DNA from: Alphaproteobacteria bacterium
GTDB lineage: Bacteria > Pseudomonadota > Alphaproteobacteria > Rs-D84
Direction: 5' to 3'
NCBI GenBank assembly: GCA_031549365.1
Contig: JAVBPX010000003.1
Location: 1-64,000 of the forward strand
Length of the DNA stretch: 64,000 nucleotides
Notes under the pieces: model-generated
Told to the model about the DNA's origin: nothing
The model's input: the letters and a program-made list of their open reading frames with translations, nothing else
Databases searched by the model: none
Shown: positions 61,845 to 64,000 of the stretch, piece after piece
Position numbering within the stretch: the stretch's first letter is position 1
Layout of the letters: every line of letters starts with the position of its first letter
Position numbers and translations under genes: made by a program

Positions 61845-63206
61845 ATGCCAGCCTCATCAATGGAAGATTTAATTTCACTATGCAAACGTCGCGGATTTGT
61901 GTTTCCGGGCTCGGAAATTTATGGCGGGTTAAAGGGATTTTACGATTACGGTCCACTGGGCGTTGAATTACGCATGAATTTGCGCAAATTATGGTGGTCA
62001 TCCATGGTATATCAACGCGATGATGTCGAGGGGCTAGAGGCAGCATTAATTAACAACCGTACAATGTGGAAATATTCGGGGCATGAAGACGGTTTTTCAG
62101 ATCCATTGGTCGAATGCAAAAAATGTCATCAACGTATGCGCCAAGATACAATGACGGACCAAACAAAATGCGAATATTGTGGATCACATGATTTGACCGA
62201 ACCGCGTTCATATTTATTAATGATGAAGGTTGGCGTTGGCCCGATTGTTGATGAATCATCGTATGCTTATTTGCGTCCTGAAACCGCGACAACAACATAT
62301 GTTAATTTTAAAAATGTTTTGGATTCAACATCGCGCAAAATTCCATTTGGAATTGCACAAATGGGCAAAGCGTTTCGAAATGAAATCACGCCACGAAATT
62401 TCGTATTCCGTATGCGCGAATTCGAACAAATGGAAATGCAATTTTTTGTTAATCCATCGACTGATGATTCTTGGTTTGAAACATGGCAAAAAAATCGCAT
62501 GAATTGGTGGTTGTCTTTGGGCATTCCTGCCGACAAATTGCGTTTTAAACCACACGAAAAATTGGCCCATTATGCCAAGGCCGCAACGGATATCGAATAT
62601 CAATTTGCACATGGTTTTGACGAAGTCGAAGGCATTCACAATCGCCAAGATTTCGATTTAGGATCGCACACCAAAAATCAATCCGAATTTAAAATCAATG
62701 CGAATGTTATGAAAAACACTGATTCAAACACTAAACTGAATTATGTCGATCCACAGAATGGTGAAAACTTTATTCCATATGTAATTGAAACCGCGATGGG
62801 ATTGGACCGCGCAATGATTGCCGTTTTGGATAATGCATATACTGTTGAAAATTTGGAAAATGATAATACGCGTATTGTTTTAAAAATGCATCCGCGTTTG
62901 TCCCCGATCAAGGCCGCAGTTATTCCATTGGCGCGTAATGTTCCAGAATTGATGGATGTAACGCGTGAAATTCATTCAACATTACAAAAAATGGACATTG
63001 GTCGTTTTGTTATCGAAAATTCCGGCAACATTGGAAAAAATTATCGCCGTCATGATGAAATTGGAACACCTGTATGCATCACAGTTGATCACCAATCATT
63101 GGATGACAAAATGGTAACATTGCGTCATCGTGACAATATGCAACAGGAACGCATCGCAATCGCCGATGTTCCGGCACGCATTCGTTCAATAATAATGGGC
63201 GAATAA
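61845..63206 (+). CDS. glyQS: glycine--tRNA ligase, alpha2 (GlyQS) type
   Basis: LCKRRGFVFPGSEIYGGL, YLRPETA, GKAFRNEITPRNFVFRMREFEQME, anticodon domain YRRHDEIGTP. Confidence 0.96.
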   Translation: MPASSMEDLISLCKRRGFVFPGSEIYGGLKGFYDYGPLGVELRMNLRKLWWSSMVYQRDDVEGLEAALINNRTMWKYSGHEDGFSDPLVECKKCHQRMRQDTMTDQTKCEYCGSHDLTEPRSYLLMMKVGVGPIVDESSYAYLRPETATTTYVNFKNVLDSTSRKIPFGIAQMGKAFRNEITPRNFVFRMREFEQMEMQFFVNPSTDDSWFETWQKNRMNWWLSLGIPADKLRFKPHEKLAHYAKAATDIEYQFAHGFDEVEGIHNRQDFDLGSHTKNQSEFKINANVMKNTDSNTKLNYVDPQNGENFIPYVIETAMGLDRAMIAVLDNAYTVENLENDNTRIVLKMHPRLSPIKAAVIPLARNVPELMDVTREIHSTLQKMDIGRFVIENSGNIGKNYRRHDEIGTPVCITVDHQSLDDKMVTLRHRDNMQQERIAIADVPARIRSIIMGE

Positions 63207-63222
63207 AACCGTTGGGGGAATC

Positions 63223-63702
63223 ATGAAATACAAATATAAATTGGCGTTATTGGGCGCTGTATTCTGTGGTTTGTTTTTGTGGGGATATTTATCGTTTCAA
63301 CAACATACTATTCGCAAATCAAACCGTCGCGATTATAATTTGATTTTGGTATTTTCAACGGTTGACGGAATATTCCCGGGATCCGACGTTATGATTGCGG
63401 GCGTTCCAGTTGGAACTGTTACGTCAACATCGTTGGATGAAAACCAAGCAATCGTTAACGTATCAATTTCAAAAAAATATAAATTGCCTGCTGATTCATC
63501 GGCATCAATTTATACGGACGGATTATTGGGCCGATCATATGTGAATATTAATCCGGGTTCGGACGATGAAATGTTACAACCCGGCGACATAATCGAAATG
63601 ACCCAGGGAACATTACCAATAACCGATATGGTTGGAATTGTTTTGAACAAATTCATTGACCAAGACAAAGCCAAAGCGGCAAAACCAAATGTCGCTGAAT
63701 AA
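63223..63702 (+). CDS. mlaD: MCE-family protein MlaD
   Basis: N-terminal TM; FSTVDGIFPGSDVMIAGVPVG, DSSASIYTDGLLG, PG..L..GD.I..TQ. Confidence 0.85.
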   Translation: MKYKYKLALLGAVFCGLFLWGYLSFQQHTIRKSNRRDYNLILVFSTVDGIFPGSDVMIAGVPVGTVTSTSLDENQAIVNVSISKKYKLPADSSASIYTDGLLGRSYVNINPGSDDEMLQPGDIIEMTQGTLPITDMVGIVLNKFIDQDKAKAAKPNVAE

Positions 63703-64000
63703 TAAAAATAATTCGGAATTTATTCGTTTAATAAACAAATTAAAACCGTTTCGCGCGCATGTTTCCGCATGCATTATAAATTTAGAAACCGATGAACATT
63801 TTGAATATAATCCAAATGAATTAATTTATCCGGCCAGCACATATAAAATTTTCATAGGGGCCGAAGTACTGCGTCAGGCAGAAGCCAAAAAATTTTCATT
63901 ACATGATAAAATTACAATAAAATCACCAAACGATATTGATGACGAATCTCGTTTTTATCCAACGGATATATTCCCTGTATTGCAAGCGGGCGATGTGGTT
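63689..64000 (+). CDS. serine hydrolase / class A beta-lactamase-like protein, 3'-partial
   Basis: Manual translation MSLNNKNN..IINLETDEHFEYNPNELIYPASTYKIFI contains the SxxK motif; frame is open to the window end. Confidence 0.75.
   Translation, partial: MSLNNKNNSEFIRLINKLKPFRAHVSACIINLETDEHFEYNPNELIYPASTYKIFIGAEVLRQAEAKKFSLHDKITIKSPNDIDDESRFYPTDIFPVLQAGDVV

Overview
AT-rich chromosomal segment of a reduced-genome alphaproteobacterium. The assignment rests on ccrM, the rpmF-plsX-fabH-ihfA-merR and leuS-lptE-holA syntenies, and alpha-type rpsU/rpoZ. The style recalls uncultured gut lineages such as Rs-D84/Enterousia, which is an inference only. Most of the window is housekeeping genes, with two tRNA-Pro genes and a minimal ~290-nt RNase P RNA. 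Accessory content: a ~3,580-aa Pmp-repeat autotransporter ending in an OmpA domain, small islets behind both tRNA-Pro genes, an inverted-repeat-bounded DUF559 nuclease cassette fused in frame to an RNHCP protein, and about 13 lineage-specific ORFs. The strongest unexplained signal is that these otherwise unrelated ORFs share a basic C-terminal tag (often -G-R or -G-K before the stop), and no conserved gene in the window ends in R or in G-[R/K]. This is a candidate secretion or targeting signal defining an effector repertoire that includes a protein-glutamine deamidase and a Bacteroidota-style lipoprotein. Other points: three aminoacyl-tRNA synthetases of non-standard type, clamp-binding-like motifs on LigA and NrdR, a catalytically degenerate SuhB, and frequent leaderless genes. 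All calls are by eye; no database searches were run.
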